Below, in pieces: positions 45,924-55,787 of a DNA stretch of 64,000 nt. The stretch's first letter is position 1, and each line of letters opens with the position of its first letter. Origin of the DNA: Erysipelotrichaceae bacterium. Lineage in GTDB: Bacteria; Bacillota_I; Bacilli_A; Erysipelotrichales; Erysipelotrichaceae. Both the position numbers and the translations under genes were made by a program. The stretch lies in assembly GCA_017419165.1 (NCBI GenBank), contig JAFOLW010000062.1:40922-104921 (forward strand). Reading direction: 5' to 3'. The notes under the pieces were generated by a model. The model ran no database searches. It was not told the DNA's origin and worked only from the letters and a program-made list of their open reading frames with translations.

Positions 45924-48854
45924 TTACCGATCCTGTCCGGCTTCTTCAACTGAGAGATAGAAGTCGTAGGAATAGGTGGCCGGCGCTTTGATCAGGTACT
46001 TCGGATCGCATTTCACGAAGCAGTCGCTGAGTCCGTTCTGGAAGCCGTCGATGTTGAGGGTCGTGGAAGGATGATCCGGCAGATCGAAGATGTGGTCCGC
46101 TTCATGGAGATCCTTGAGCGTGTAAGGCCAGAAGGAGATGTTGAGGTCCCGTCCGCCTTTTTCGATCTTCAGGACCGCTTTTTCGGAGATCAGCCCGGCG
46201 TTTTTGACATGGCTCTTGTTGCCGTGTTCCTGCGGACGGACGTAGTCGTCCTGTTCATCGATCTTCCAAAGGTAGGATGCGATGAGACCGGAACCGTCTT
46301 TGCCCGGATAGGTATCGTGAGGGCCTTTGCCGAAGTAAAACAGGGTGTCAAAGGAGCTGTCAAGTTCCGTCTGCATGCCGATGCGGTTCGGCGCTTTTTT
46401 CGCGTTGATGTTGAGCGTAACGGTGAGGTGGAGTTTTTCATCTGAGACCTCGTAGATCCTCACCAGCGTGAAGTCTCTGCAGAAGTCGGTGACGAAGACC
46501 CGGTCTTTTTCGATGCGGATCAGCGGCTTTCCTTTGATCCCGAAGAGGGAAGCTTTGCCATAGCGGTCAAGCGCCTTCTGCCGTTTCATCGCCAGACCGA
46601 TGAAACCGAGATCGCCGTCGGTGTAAGGACGGTAGAGAGAAGGACGCAGCGGCGTCTTGAGGATGTTGTTTCCGCCGCAGAGGATCTGTGAAAGGTCGCC
46701 GGTCACTTTGTTGATCCCGTAGACATCGGCAAGAAGGATGTCCTCAGCGGTCTCCCGGATGCACGTATCCGGCTGCTTTTTGAGGATCATCTTTTCTTTT
46801 AACGGGAACTGCTGAATGGATGAGGAGGTTCCTTTCTCAAAGAAGACATTCAGATAACAGGTGCTGTCTTCCTGCGGGATCGGAAAATCGAGCGTATATT
46901 CTTTTTCCTGTCTTGGCAAAACGTCGGTCTTGAATCCTTTGCGGAAGATCTCGTTTCCGTTCTGCGTGACGGTGTAATAGGAAACGTAGTCTGCCGAGGA
47001 GGTGAAGAAATTGCGGTTGTAGATTGAGACCGTCTTTTCCGAAGTCCTTGTGATGACCAGCGGTTGGAAGGCATGGGCGATTTCGTAATAGACCGAATGC
47101 GGCCTGGAATCCGCATCGCAGATGCCATTGCAGCAGAAGTCGCCGTTCTGATCGCCGGAGCCGAAATCGCCGCCGTAAAGCAGCTTTCCGTCTTTTCTCA
47201 GGGCTTTGTCTTTGAAATCCCAGATGAAGCCGCCGCAGTACTGTTCGCAGCCGTCCATGATGCGCACGAACTCTTCGACATCGCTGCCGCTGTTGCCCAT
47301 GGAGTGACCGTACTCGGTCAAAACGATCGGATGATGTCTGTATTCTTTGTAGCTGATCGAATTCAGCGACATCAGCAGCGGGATGAGCCGCTGTACGATC
47401 GTCGGCTTATCTTTGACGTCTTCCTTATCCGCAAACTTCCTGACGCGGTCAAGGGAAGCGTAGCCGTCGCAAAGGAAGTCGGAAAGCTTCAGGTTCCTGC
47501 CGCCTTCGTAGTGGATCGGTCTTGAAGAGTCGAGTTTCAGTGCGGCTTCTTTCATGCGGAAGTGGTTCTCGCCGCAGGCGGATTCGTTGCCTAAGGAGTA
47601 GATGCTGACGCAGGCATGGCTGCGGTCTCTCAAGACCATGCGTTCCATGCGGTCGACAACGTGTTTTGTCCATCGCGGATCATCGCCCGGTACGTTCTTC
47701 TCCCGCACGCCGTGGCTTTCGACGTTGCATTCATCCATGACGTAGAAGCCCAGTTCATCGCAGAGGTCGTAGAAGATGTCGGCCTGCGGATAGTGGGATG
47801 TGCGGATGGCGTTGATGTTGGCTTGTTTGAGCAGCTTCAGATCTTTGCGGTAGAGCTCTTCGGAAACATAATAGCCGTCGTCCGGTGAGAAGGCGTGGTA
47901 GTTGATGCCGCGCAGTTTGATCGGCTGACCGTTGTGCAGATACAAAGCTTTTTCATGATCGACTTTGTCTTCGCGGAAGCCGAAGCGGAAACGTTGGGTT
48001 TCTTTTATGTCACCGCATTCATAGGTCACGGCGACCGGATAAAGTTCCGGATGTTCGGCCGACCAGAGCTTCACATCGCTCAAAGAGACGGATAAGGAGA
48101 CTTTGTTGTCTGCCGTCTTTTCTTTGACTTCCTGATCGAGGATCTTGAGCGTGAAGCTTCCTTCTTTGCTGGCGGTGGCATCGCAATAAAGGACCGCATC
48201 CTTATAGTCGTTGAGAAGATCGCAGTGTAAGAAGACGTCTTCGATATGGGCTTCTTCCCTGTGATAGAGGTAGACATCCCGGTAGATGCCGGAGAGGAAC
48301 CACATGTCCTGATCTTCGATGTAGGTCGCATCGGAGAACTGGAAGACCATGACGGAGACTGTATTCTTTCCTTCTTTGAGGTACTTTGTGACATCGAACT
48401 CGCACGGCAGCATCGATCCTTTCGACATGCCGGCATAGTGTTCGTTGACGTAGCAGTAAAAGGCGGACTTCACCGAATCAAAGCGCAGGACGCTCTGTCC
48501 CCGAAGATAGGAAACGGGAATATCCACTTCTCTTTTATATTGGGCGCAATAGGTCTTCTTATGGTCGATCGAGGGGATCTTCTTTTTCGACTTGTTGATC
48601 GCCTTGGGGAAGTCGGCACCGAAGTAGTACGGTTTTCCATAGCCCCGGGTCTCTATGCAGGAGGGCACATCGATCTTTTCAAAAGAAGAAAGATCATGAC
48701 CGTCTTTGTAGAAATCCGGATCGGCCTGATCGGGATCAAGAATGCATCTGAAGTTCCAGGTGCCGTTGAGAGAGATCTTTTCTTCGTAGTCAAAACTGCA
48801 GTGTGCAGCAAGCTGAGCCTCGTTGATGATACTGATGTCTTCCCATTTTTCCAT
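45924..48854 (-). CDS. GH2 beta-galactosidase (LacZ-like)
   Basis: NAIRTSHYPQADIFYDLCDELGFYVMDECNVESHG and LTEYGHSMGNS. ATG 48854 has a GAGGTG SD. The upstream 43 codons in the track overlap the divergent promoter region. Confidence 0.9.
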   Translation of the reverse strand: MEKWEDISIINEAQLAAHCSFDYEEKISLNGTWNFRCILDPDQADPDFYKDGHDLSSFEKIDVPSCIETRGYGKPYYFGADFPKAINKSKKKIPSIDHKKTYCAQYKREVDIPVSYLRGQSVLRFDSVKSAFYCYVNEHYAGMSKGSMLPCEFDVTKYLKEGKNTVSVMVFQFSDATYIEDQDMWFLSGIYRDVYLYHREEAHIEDVFLHCDLLNDYKDAVLYCDATASKEGSFTLKILDQEVKEKTADNKVSLSVSLSDVKLWSAEHPELYPVAVTYECGDIKETQRFRFGFREDKVDHEKALYLHNGQPIKLRGINYHAFSPDDGYYVSEELYRKDLKLLKQANINAIRTSHYPQADIFYDLCDELGFYVMDECNVESHGVREKNVPGDDPRWTKHVVDRMERMVLRDRSHACVSIYSLGNESACGENHFRMKEAALKLDSSRPIHYEGGRNLKLSDFLCDGYASLDRVRKFADKEDVKDKPTIVQRLIPLLMSLNSISYKEYRHHPIVLTEYGHSMGNSGSDVEEFVRIMDGCEQYCGGFIWDFKDKALRKDGKLLYGGDFGSGDQNGDFCCNGICDADSRPHSVYYEIAHAFQPLVITRTSEKTVSIYNRNFFTSSADYVSYYTVTQNGNEIFRKGFKTDVLPRQEKEYTLDFPIPQEDSTCYLNVFFEKGTSSSIQQFPLKEKMILKKQPDTCIRETAEDILLADVYGINKVTGDLSQILCGGNNILKTPLRPSLYRPYTDGDLGFIGLAMKRQKALDRYGKASLFGIKGKPLIRIEKDRVFVTDFCRDFTLVRIYEVSDEKLHLTVTLNINAKKAPNRIGMQTELDSSFDTLFYFGKGPHDTYPGKDGSGLIASYLWKIDEQDDYVRPQEHGNKSHVKNAGLISEKAVLKIEKGGRDLNISFWPYTLKDLHEADHIFDLPDHPSTTLNIDGFQNGLSDCFVKCDPKYLIKAPATYSYDFYLSVEEAGQDR

Positions 48855-48898
48855 GTCGTTCACCTCACCCTCATTATAGAAAAACGAAGAGATCATTG

Positions 48899-48925
48899 AA
48901 CGACACTTTTCGGGTTTGTGTCGTT
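48899..48925. promoter_or_regulatory. Inverted repeat AACGACAC-N11-GTGTCGTT in the divergent GH2/GH78 intergenic region
   Basis: Perfect 8-bp arms, located upstream of a TATAGT-like -10 for the GH78 gene. Confidence 0.3.
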
Positions 48926-48973
48926 TTATATTTCCGTCGTTTTGAATTATAGTAAGAATCGGGAGAGAAAACC

Positions 48974-51514
48974 ATGAAAGCAATCAATCTGAAAGTTGAC
49001 GGATTAAGAGACCCTCTGGGTCTTCAGGACAGAAACCCGCGGATCAGCTGGACCTGTGAAGGCGGAAAGAAACAGAGTGCCTTTATCTATGAGGTCTATA
49101 TCAATGACGAAAAGATCCTGGGACCGGTCAGACAGGAAAGCGATGCGATGCATCTGATCCTGCCGGTACAGCTCAAGGACCGCGACCGGGCGAGGGTGGA
49201 TCTGATCCTTCTCGACGAAAACAGGAAAGAAGGAGAAAAAGCGAGCTGCCATTTCGAAGCGGGCATTTCAAGCTGGGAAGCGAAGTGGATCGATCCGGAA
49301 CGGGATCCGGACAAGAAGGTCCGTCAGCCGGCATCGTATCTGAAACGGGAGTTCTGTGTGGAAAAGACCGGACGTTCCCGTCTGTATATCACGGCACACG
49401 GTCTCTATGAAGCATACATCAACGGCAGACGTGTCGGTGATTTTGTCCTGGCACCGGGGACCGACGACTACGGACAGCGCATCCAGTATCAGGTCTACGA
49501 TGTGAAGGATCTGCTGCAGGAAGGAGACAACCGCATCGATGTGATCATCGCCGACGGCTGGTACCGGGGCAACAACGGCATCGACGGTGTCAATCACCTC
49601 TTCGGTGATGACTTGTCTTTACTGTGTCAGCTGGAGATCGACGGCAAGATAGCGATGATGTCCGATGAACGCTGGTTCGCTTCACAGGACGGACCGATCC
49701 GCTTCTCGGATATGGAGATCGGCGAAGTTTATGATGCGAACAAAGAAGACATCAAAGAATGGCATGAAGTCAGGATCGCCGCTCACGAATACGACAAGCT
49801 CGTCTGTTCCGATGAAGTTTACATCAAGGAACAGGAACGTTTTGCAGGAAGACGGATACAGACGCCGGACGGAAGCACCGTCTATGATTTCTCGCAGAAC
49901 CTGGCCGGTTATACCTGCTTTCAGCTGCATGCCAGAAAGGGACAGAAACTGACGCTGTGGCACGGCGAGACTTTGGACAGGGACGGGAACTTCACCCAGG
50001 CCAACATCGATCCGGGCAAGCGGAACCAGAACGGCGGAATCCCACAGAAGATCGAGTATACCTGCAAGGAAGGTCTGAATATCTATAAGCCGAAGTTTTC
50101 GATCTTCGGTTTCCGCTACATCAAGGTGCAGACCGACGCCGATCTGAGCGATGCGAAGTTTGAGGCCGTGGCTGTCTATTCCGACATGGAAGAGACCGCA
50201 GGCTTTGAATGTTCCAATGAAGACGTAAATCAGCTGTTCAAGAACACGATGTGGTCGATGAAGTCGAACTTCGTCGATATCCCGACGGACTGCCCGCAGC
50301 GGGAACGCAGCGGCTGGACCGGTGATGCCGGTGTCTTCGTCGATACCGGTGTGATCCTTCACGATTCCTATACGGTGTTCAAGAAGTGGCTGGCGGAAGT
50401 GCGCCTGGCCCAGAAGGAAAACGGCATCATCCGCAACATCGCACCGAAGATCAACGATCCAAACAAGGGCTTCTCTCAGATCCTGGACGGTTCGACCGGC
50501 TGGGGCGACGCGATCACGATCGTGCCTTACGCCTTATACAAAACTTACGGCGACAAGCGCATACTGGAAGAGAATTATGAAGCCATGGTGAAGTGGGTCG
50601 GCTTTGAAAGCAAGCTGGCAGAAAAAAAGAGACTCAAGGACTTGTTCAAGAGAGATCCTTATGACAGATACATCATCCGCAAAGGTTTCCACTGGGGTGA
50701 ATGGTGTCAGCCGGATGCAGACAATGCCGAGGAACTGAAAAACAACTTCACCAAGGGAGCTCCGAAGTCGGCGACCGCATACTATTTCTATAGCACGAAG
50801 CTGTTGTCGGAGATCGCCGGCATCCTGGGCAAAGCGGAAGATGAGAAGAAGTATGGAGATCTTGCGGAAAAGATCCGCGAAGCTTATCTGAAGGAATACA
50901 CCGAGGACGGGATCGTGCGATCGGACCGTCAATGCGATTATCTGCGTCCTTTGAAGTTCGGCATGCTGGAAAAGAAGGAAGAGAATGCGAAACTGCTCAA
51001 TGAGATGATCGTCAACAACGGCTACCATCTCAACACCGGTTTCCTGTCGACGCCGTTCTTATGCCCGGTCTTGTGCGAATACGGCTATACCGATACCGCC
51101 TACCGCCTGCTGCTGCAGGAGACTTCCCCGTCCTGGCTGTATTCCGTGAAAAAAGGAGCGACCACGATCTGGGAAAGCTGGAAGGGATTGGAGGACGGCG
51201 GCAACGCTTCATTGAATCACTACTCTTACGGTGCAGTGTCCGGCTGGCTGATCTCGGGCGTCTGCGGGATCCGTGTAAACAAAGGAAAGATCTCTCTGGC
51301 TCCGTGTCCCAACGAGCTGCTTGGCTATGCGAAGGCTTACTTTGATTCGCCGCTTGGAAGGATCGTTTCCTCCTGGCGTTATGAAGCGGATGAGATCGTC
51401 TATGGATTTGAGATCCCGGCAAACGCAGAGGCTGAGTTGATCCTGCCGAAGAGCGATCCGCAGGTCCTGGCCGGCGGCAAACACGAGATCCGCATCAAAA
51501 AAGCAGAAAATTAG
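48974..51514 (+). CDS. GH78 alpha-L-rhamnosidase
   Basis: LKVDGLRDPLGLQDRNPRISW start and the DCPQRERSGWTGDA motif. No signal peptide. Confidence 0.85.
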   Translation: MKAINLKVDGLRDPLGLQDRNPRISWTCEGGKKQSAFIYEVYINDEKILGPVRQESDAMHLILPVQLKDRDRARVDLILLDENRKEGEKASCHFEAGISSWEAKWIDPERDPDKKVRQPASYLKREFCVEKTGRSRLYITAHGLYEAYINGRRVGDFVLAPGTDDYGQRIQYQVYDVKDLLQEGDNRIDVIIADGWYRGNNGIDGVNHLFGDDLSLLCQLEIDGKIAMMSDERWFASQDGPIRFSDMEIGEVYDANKEDIKEWHEVRIAAHEYDKLVCSDEVYIKEQERFAGRRIQTPDGSTVYDFSQNLAGYTCFQLHARKGQKLTLWHGETLDRDGNFTQANIDPGKRNQNGGIPQKIEYTCKEGLNIYKPKFSIFGFRYIKVQTDADLSDAKFEAVAVYSDMEETAGFECSNEDVNQLFKNTMWSMKSNFVDIPTDCPQRERSGWTGDAGVFVDTGVILHDSYTVFKKWLAEVRLAQKENGIIRNIAPKINDPNKGFSQILDGSTGWGDAITIVPYALYKTYGDKRILEENYEAMVKWVGFESKLAEKKRLKDLFKRDPYDRYIIRKGFHWGEWCQPDADNAEELKNNFTKGAPKSATAYYFYSTKLLSEIAGILGKAEDEKKYGDLAEKIREAYLKEYTEDGIVRSDRQCDYLRPLKFGMLEKKEENAKLLNEMIVNNGYHLNTGFLSTPFLCPVLCEYGYTDTAYRLLLQETSPSWLYSVKKGATTIWESWKGLEDGGNASLNHYSYGAVSGWLISGVCGIRVNKGKISLAPCPNELLGYAKAYFDSPLGRIVSSWRYEADEIVYGFEIPANAEAELILPKSDPQVLAGGKHEIRIKKAEN

Positions 51515-51553
51515 ACCAATAAAAGATAATTAAAACCAATTATTTATAACCTC

Positions 51554-51567
51554 TGTAAACGTTTTCA
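51554..51567. promoter_or_regulatory. cre (CcpA catabolite-responsive element)
   Basis: TGTAAACGTTTTCA matches TGWAANCGNTNWCA at 14/14 positions. It lies just upstream of a TAGAAT -10-like hexamer for the GPH gene. Confidence 0.6.
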
Positions 51568-51608
51568 TTATAGAATGAAGCCGTAAATTACGGGGGTTTT
51601 AATTTTTT

Positions 51609-53096
51609 ATGGCTAAAAAAGAAAAGAAAGTCAAATCTGCAGAATCCGTCGGTTTTAAAGAGATCTTCGGTGTAACGGCTTTATCGACCAACAACGGTAT
51701 TGCGGTCACCTTCATGTCTTCTCTGTTCATGGTCTATATGACGGACTATGCGGGACTGGGTGCCTGGGGTGCAACGCTCGCGACGACGCTCTTACTGGCA
51801 GCCCGTATCATCGATGCCGTCGATGACCCGATCCAGGGCTTTATCATGGATAAAGGCAAAGTCGGCAAGCACGGCAAATACAAACCGTTCTTCATGCTGT
51901 CGATCGTCATGACGCTCGTCGGTACGGTCGCGCTGTATGCCTTACCTGATGCGATCACCAAGACACCGTTACTGGTCACGATCTGGGTCATCTTCTTCTA
52001 TCTGGTCTATGATATCGGTACTTCGTTCTACAACCCGAACCTCTTGTACCGTACGATGACTGCCGATCCGGAACAGCGCGCGAAACTTCTGATCGGCCCG
52101 AGACTCTGGGTCATGATCCTCGGCATGTTCGGTGCGGCGCTTTCCGTCATCGTCGTTTCGATCCAGGCTGCTGTCGGCAGCTTCAAGACGGCGTACATGA
52201 TCCTGGCGCTGGTCTGTCTGCTGGTAGCATCGGCTGTTTCCGTCATCGGCTGGTTCATGGTCAAGGAAAAACATGTCGTCGAACAGGATGAAGAAGATCA
52301 GGTCAAGATCTCCGATTTCTTCACACTGCTCAAGGAAAACGATGCGATCCTCATCGACTTCTTCAAAAATGTCTTTACCGGTTTCATCTGGACGTTCTTG
52401 TTTGCGGCTCCGGTCTACTATGTCAAGTATGCCTACTGTACCGATCTGACGACCGGTGTCTTCGATACGGGAAAATACGCTACTTACTCCATGATCGTCT
52501 CGCTGATGATGCTGTTCCCGCTGCTGATCGGAACGATCGTCGCAACGCCGATCCTGAAAGCGTTCAAGGGTGACTTTGTCAAAATGCAGAAGTTCGATTA
52601 TCTGATGCAGGGCGTAGGCGGACTCATCATGTTCGTTGGCCAGATCCTCGGCATCCTGCAGAAGGCTCCGGCCGTCTTCTTCCTGGCGATGTTCATCATG
52701 GCGATGTTCATCGGCATCGACTTCGTTCCGGGTTCTTCCATCGGTATGGAGATCATGGACTACACGATCTACAAGACCGGAAAAGACCGTTCCGCTCTGA
52801 CCGGTGTCTTAGGCAAGTTCCTGGAAAAGGCACAGAGCGCCGTTTCTTCCGCTCTGGTCGGTGCGATCCTGATCGCCATCGGCTACCAGGTCGATTCCGT
52901 GACCGGCAACTATATCGGCGATCTGGCCAAGATGCCGACGCTGCTGACTTGGATGACGGTCGTCATGGGTGTCCTTCCGGCAGTCTTCGCGATCATCGGC
53001 ATCGTCGTACTGAAGAAATATCCGATCGACCACGCAAAGAGACTGGAGATCCAGGAATACATCAAGGAACATCAGTCCAAGAAAGTCGAAGAATAA
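51609..53096 (+). CDS. GPH-family glycoside:cation symporter (2 of 3)
   Basis: RIIDAVDDPIQGFIMDKGKVGKHGKYKPF GPH signature and a 12-TM profile. Paralogous to 57129-58619. Confidence 0.85.
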   Translation: MAKKEKKVKSAESVGFKEIFGVTALSTNNGIAVTFMSSLFMVYMTDYAGLGAWGATLATTLLLAARIIDAVDDPIQGFIMDKGKVGKHGKYKPFFMLSIVMTLVGTVALYALPDAITKTPLLVTIWVIFFYLVYDIGTSFYNPNLLYRTMTADPEQRAKLLIGPRLWVMILGMFGAALSVIVVSIQAAVGSFKTAYMILALVCLLVASAVSVIGWFMVKEKHVVEQDEEDQVKISDFFTLLKENDAILIDFFKNVFTGFIWTFLFAAPVYYVKYAYCTDLTTGVFDTGKYATYSMIVSLMMLFPLLIGTIVATPILKAFKGDFVKMQKFDYLMQGVGGLIMFVGQILGILQKAPAVFFLAMFIMAMFIGIDFVPGSSIGMEIMDYTIYKTGKDRSALTGVLGKFLEKAQSAVSSALVGAILIAIGYQVDSVTGNYIGDLAKMPTLLTWMTVVMGVLPAVFAIIGIVVLKKYPIDHAKRLEIQEYIKEHQSKKVEE

Positions 53097-53101
53097 ATTA
53101 C

Positions 53102-53133
53102 AAAAAGAGCTATCCGATGTGATAGCTTTTTTG
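53102..53133 (+). terminator. Intrinsic terminator
   Basis: Stem agctatc/gatagct, then TTTTTT. Confidence 0.65.
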
Positions 53134-53163
53134 ATAGATTATGATTGAAAGAAGAGGTGTGCT

Positions 53164-55755
53164 ATGAATCATACGATCAAGGAACTGTTAAAAGGAAATA
53201 CGGGAGACTACATCTTTCCGTTCTTCTGGCAGCACGGCGAAGATGAAGCGACATTGCGCAAGATGATGAACGTCATTCATGACAGCGGATGCAAGTCCGT
53301 CTGTATCGAATCGCGTCCGCATCCGGACTTCTGCGGAGAGAGATGGTGGACCGATATGGACATCCTCATCGACGAGGCAAAGAAGCTGGACATGAAGCTC
53401 TGGATCCTCGACGATTCCCATTTCCCGACCGGTTTTGCCAACGGTGCGGTGAAAAACGCGCCTCTTGAACTGCATCGGCAGTCCCTGCTTTCTTCTTATA
53501 AAGTCTATAAAGGGAAAGCTGCCGATGTGACGATCGATCTGACGAAACTGTTCCCGCCGAAGATCTCGGCGAAGAACTTTGCGGCGATGTCCGCGACCAA
53601 GTTCATGTCCAAGGGTGCCCCGGTCTTTGACGATGACCGGATCCTTTCGGTGAGCGTCCTTGATGAAAACGGCGGGCTGAAAGCTCTGCCGATCGGCAAT
53701 ACCGGCAAGATCCTCTGGCACAAGCCGGAAGGGACCTATACCGTTTATGTCGTCGGACTGAGCCGGAACTTCGGCATCCACCGCGAATATATCAACATGA
53801 TGTCGAAAGACTCCTGCCGCATCCTGATCGATACGGTCTATGAGACACATTATGAACACTATAAAGACGAATTCGGCAAGACGATCCTGGGTTTCTTCTC
53901 CGACGAACCGGAACTGGGCAACGGCTTCTACATGACCGGTGCCAACGGCATGGGCAACGCCAACGACCTTCCGTATTCCGATGAACTGGAGGAGGAACTG
54001 AAAAAACGTCTGGGCGAAGACTGGGAGAACAAATTGCTCTTCCTGTGGGACGGCCAGCATCCCGAACTTGCAGCCAAGGTCCGTCTGGAATACATGGATG
54101 CCGTGACGAAACTCGTAAGGAAGGATTTCTCCGAGCAGATCGGAGACTGGTGCAGAGAGCACGGCGTGAAGTATATCGGTCATCTCATCGAAGACAACAA
54201 CTCCCACACCAAGACCGGCATGTCTCTGGGCCACTACTTCAGAGGACTGAACGGTCAGGATATGGCGGGCATCGATGATATCGGCGGACAGGTCCTGCCG
54301 CAGGGCGAGGATCTCAAGATCAGGACCTTCTTCGGCGAACGGGACGGTGAATTCTATCACTTTGCCTTGGGCAATCTGGCAGCCAGTGCCGCCGCGATCG
54401 AAGTGAAGAAAAACGGCGATTCGATGTGCGAGATCTTCGGCAACTACGGCTGGTCGGAAGGACTGCGTCTGGAGAAGTACCTGGCCGATCACTTCATGGT
54501 CAACGGCATCAACCATTTCGTACCGCATGCGTTCACGGGAAAAGAATTCCCGGATCCGGACTGCCCGCCGCACTTCTATGCGATGGGCCACAACCCGCAA
54601 TACCGTCATTTCCGTACGGTCATCGATTATATGAACCGCGTCTGTACACTGATCTCGGGCGGTCATCGCAACAGCAAAGTCGCTGTCTTATATAATGCCG
54701 AAGCGGAGTGGATGGGTCCGTGCATGCAGGTGCAGGAACCGCTGCGCAGATTATATGAAGCGCAGATCCTTGCCGATACGATCCCGGCAGACGTCTTCTT
54801 TGACCGGGAGCGCTACAACACAAAGATCGAAGATAAACTTACGGTGAATGAACAGGAATACGAAGTCCTGATCGTTCCTAAGGCAAAATATATCGAGAAG
54901 AAGACCGCAGAGGTCCTCGAAAACCTTCCGGTCAAAGTCCTGTATATCGATTCCGTTCCGGAAGTTCCGGGCGAAGGAGCTTTGAAGGGCGAAGTCGTCG
55001 GCCTCAACGGTCTGGCAAGCGTCGTTTCCAAATACGCAGCACCGGTCGTCGATATGGATCCGGCAAGCACTTATATCAAAGCCCTCGATTATACAAAGGA
55101 AGACCGCATCCTCTATCTGGTCAATGAAGCGGCGGAGACTTACCGTGGAAAGATCAGCCTTGAAGGAAAGTGGTATGAATACGATGCCCTGCAAAACAAG
55201 GTCTACCGCTTTGAAGGCAACGATGTCACGATCGAGCCTCTCAAGTCACTGATCCTGATCCAAGGTGAAGCGGACGAAGAACTTCTGAGCGAGCGGATCG
55301 AAGCGAAGGGTGAAAAGCACGCTTTGAACAGCTTCGAACGCAGCGTCGTTGCCGCGATCGACTATCCGGCGATCACGCAGAAGACGACAGTTTCCGTTCC
55401 GGATGATTACGCTAAGACCGACAAATATTTCTCCGGCATCATCCGCTATGAAAAGACGCTGGAACTGAGCGAAACGAAGAAGACGGTCCTGGAGATCACG
55501 GATGCCTATGAAGGCGTCGAGGTCTTCGTGAACGGCGTATCGTTAGGCATTCAGATCGTTCCGAAGTTCCTCTACGATCTCACGCCTTATCTGAAGACCG
55601 GCGAAAACAAGCTGGTCATCGAAGTCGCGACGACACTGGAGAGACAGATGGCAAAAGACTTCTCCCAGAAGATGCGCGGACTGTTCACGGGAACGGCTTC
55701 CAAGCTGAAAGATCCGACCGGTATCAACGGCGAAGTATACCTCTATACGGAATAA
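53164..55755 (+). CDS. Putative cytoplasmic glycoside hydrolase, family not assignable by eye, with C-terminal galactose-binding-like jelly roll
   Basis: N-terminal FPFFWQHGEDE...CIESRPHPDF..WW.DM..LIDEAKKLDMKLWILDDSHFPTGFA TIM-barrel-like pattern. C-terminal ITDAYEGVEVFVNGVSLG...GENKLVIEV. Context is a GH78/GPH operon. Confidence 0.55.
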   Translation: MNHTIKELLKGNTGDYIFPFFWQHGEDEATLRKMMNVIHDSGCKSVCIESRPHPDFCGERWWTDMDILIDEAKKLDMKLWILDDSHFPTGFANGAVKNAPLELHRQSLLSSYKVYKGKAADVTIDLTKLFPPKISAKNFAAMSATKFMSKGAPVFDDDRILSVSVLDENGGLKALPIGNTGKILWHKPEGTYTVYVVGLSRNFGIHREYINMMSKDSCRILIDTVYETHYEHYKDEFGKTILGFFSDEPELGNGFYMTGANGMGNANDLPYSDELEEELKKRLGEDWENKLLFLWDGQHPELAAKVRLEYMDAVTKLVRKDFSEQIGDWCREHGVKYIGHLIEDNNSHTKTGMSLGHYFRGLNGQDMAGIDDIGGQVLPQGEDLKIRTFFGERDGEFYHFALGNLAASAAAIEVKKNGDSMCEIFGNYGWSEGLRLEKYLADHFMVNGINHFVPHAFTGKEFPDPDCPPHFYAMGHNPQYRHFRTVIDYMNRVCTLISGGHRNSKVAVLYNAEAEWMGPCMQVQEPLRRLYEAQILADTIPADVFFDRERYNTKIEDKLTVNEQEYEVLIVPKAKYIEKKTAEVLENLPVKVLYIDSVPEVPGEGALKGEVVGLNGLASVVSKYAAPVVDMDPASTYIKALDYTKEDRILYLVNEAAETYRGKISLEGKWYEYDALQNKVYRFEGNDVTIEPLKSLILIQGEADEELLSERIEAKGEKHALNSFERSVVAAIDYPAITQKTTVSVPDDYAKTDKYFSGIIRYEKTLELSETKKTVLEITDAYEGVEVFVNGVSLGIQIVPKFLYDLTPYLKTGENKLVIEVATTLERQMAKDFSQKMRGLFTGTASKLKDPTGINGEVYLYTE

Positions 55756-55782
55756 CAGAGCGCAAGGCTCTGTTATTTTTTG
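55751..55782. terminator. Bidirectional terminator
   Basis: 11-bp stem aataacagagc/ggctctgttatt followed by TTTTTT. Confidence 0.75.
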
Positions 55783-55787
55783 AATAT

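Noticed and set aside
48855-48983. 43-codon N-terminal extension of the LacZ-like ORF
   Set aside because: It overlaps the divergent GH78 start and promoter region. ATG 48854 has a GAGGTG SD and gives the canonical GH2 N-terminus.
53188-54666. 492-aa minus-strand ORF antisense to the 863-aa hydrolase-like gene
   Set aside because: It has the same shadow-ORF signature: no SD and no recognisable domain.
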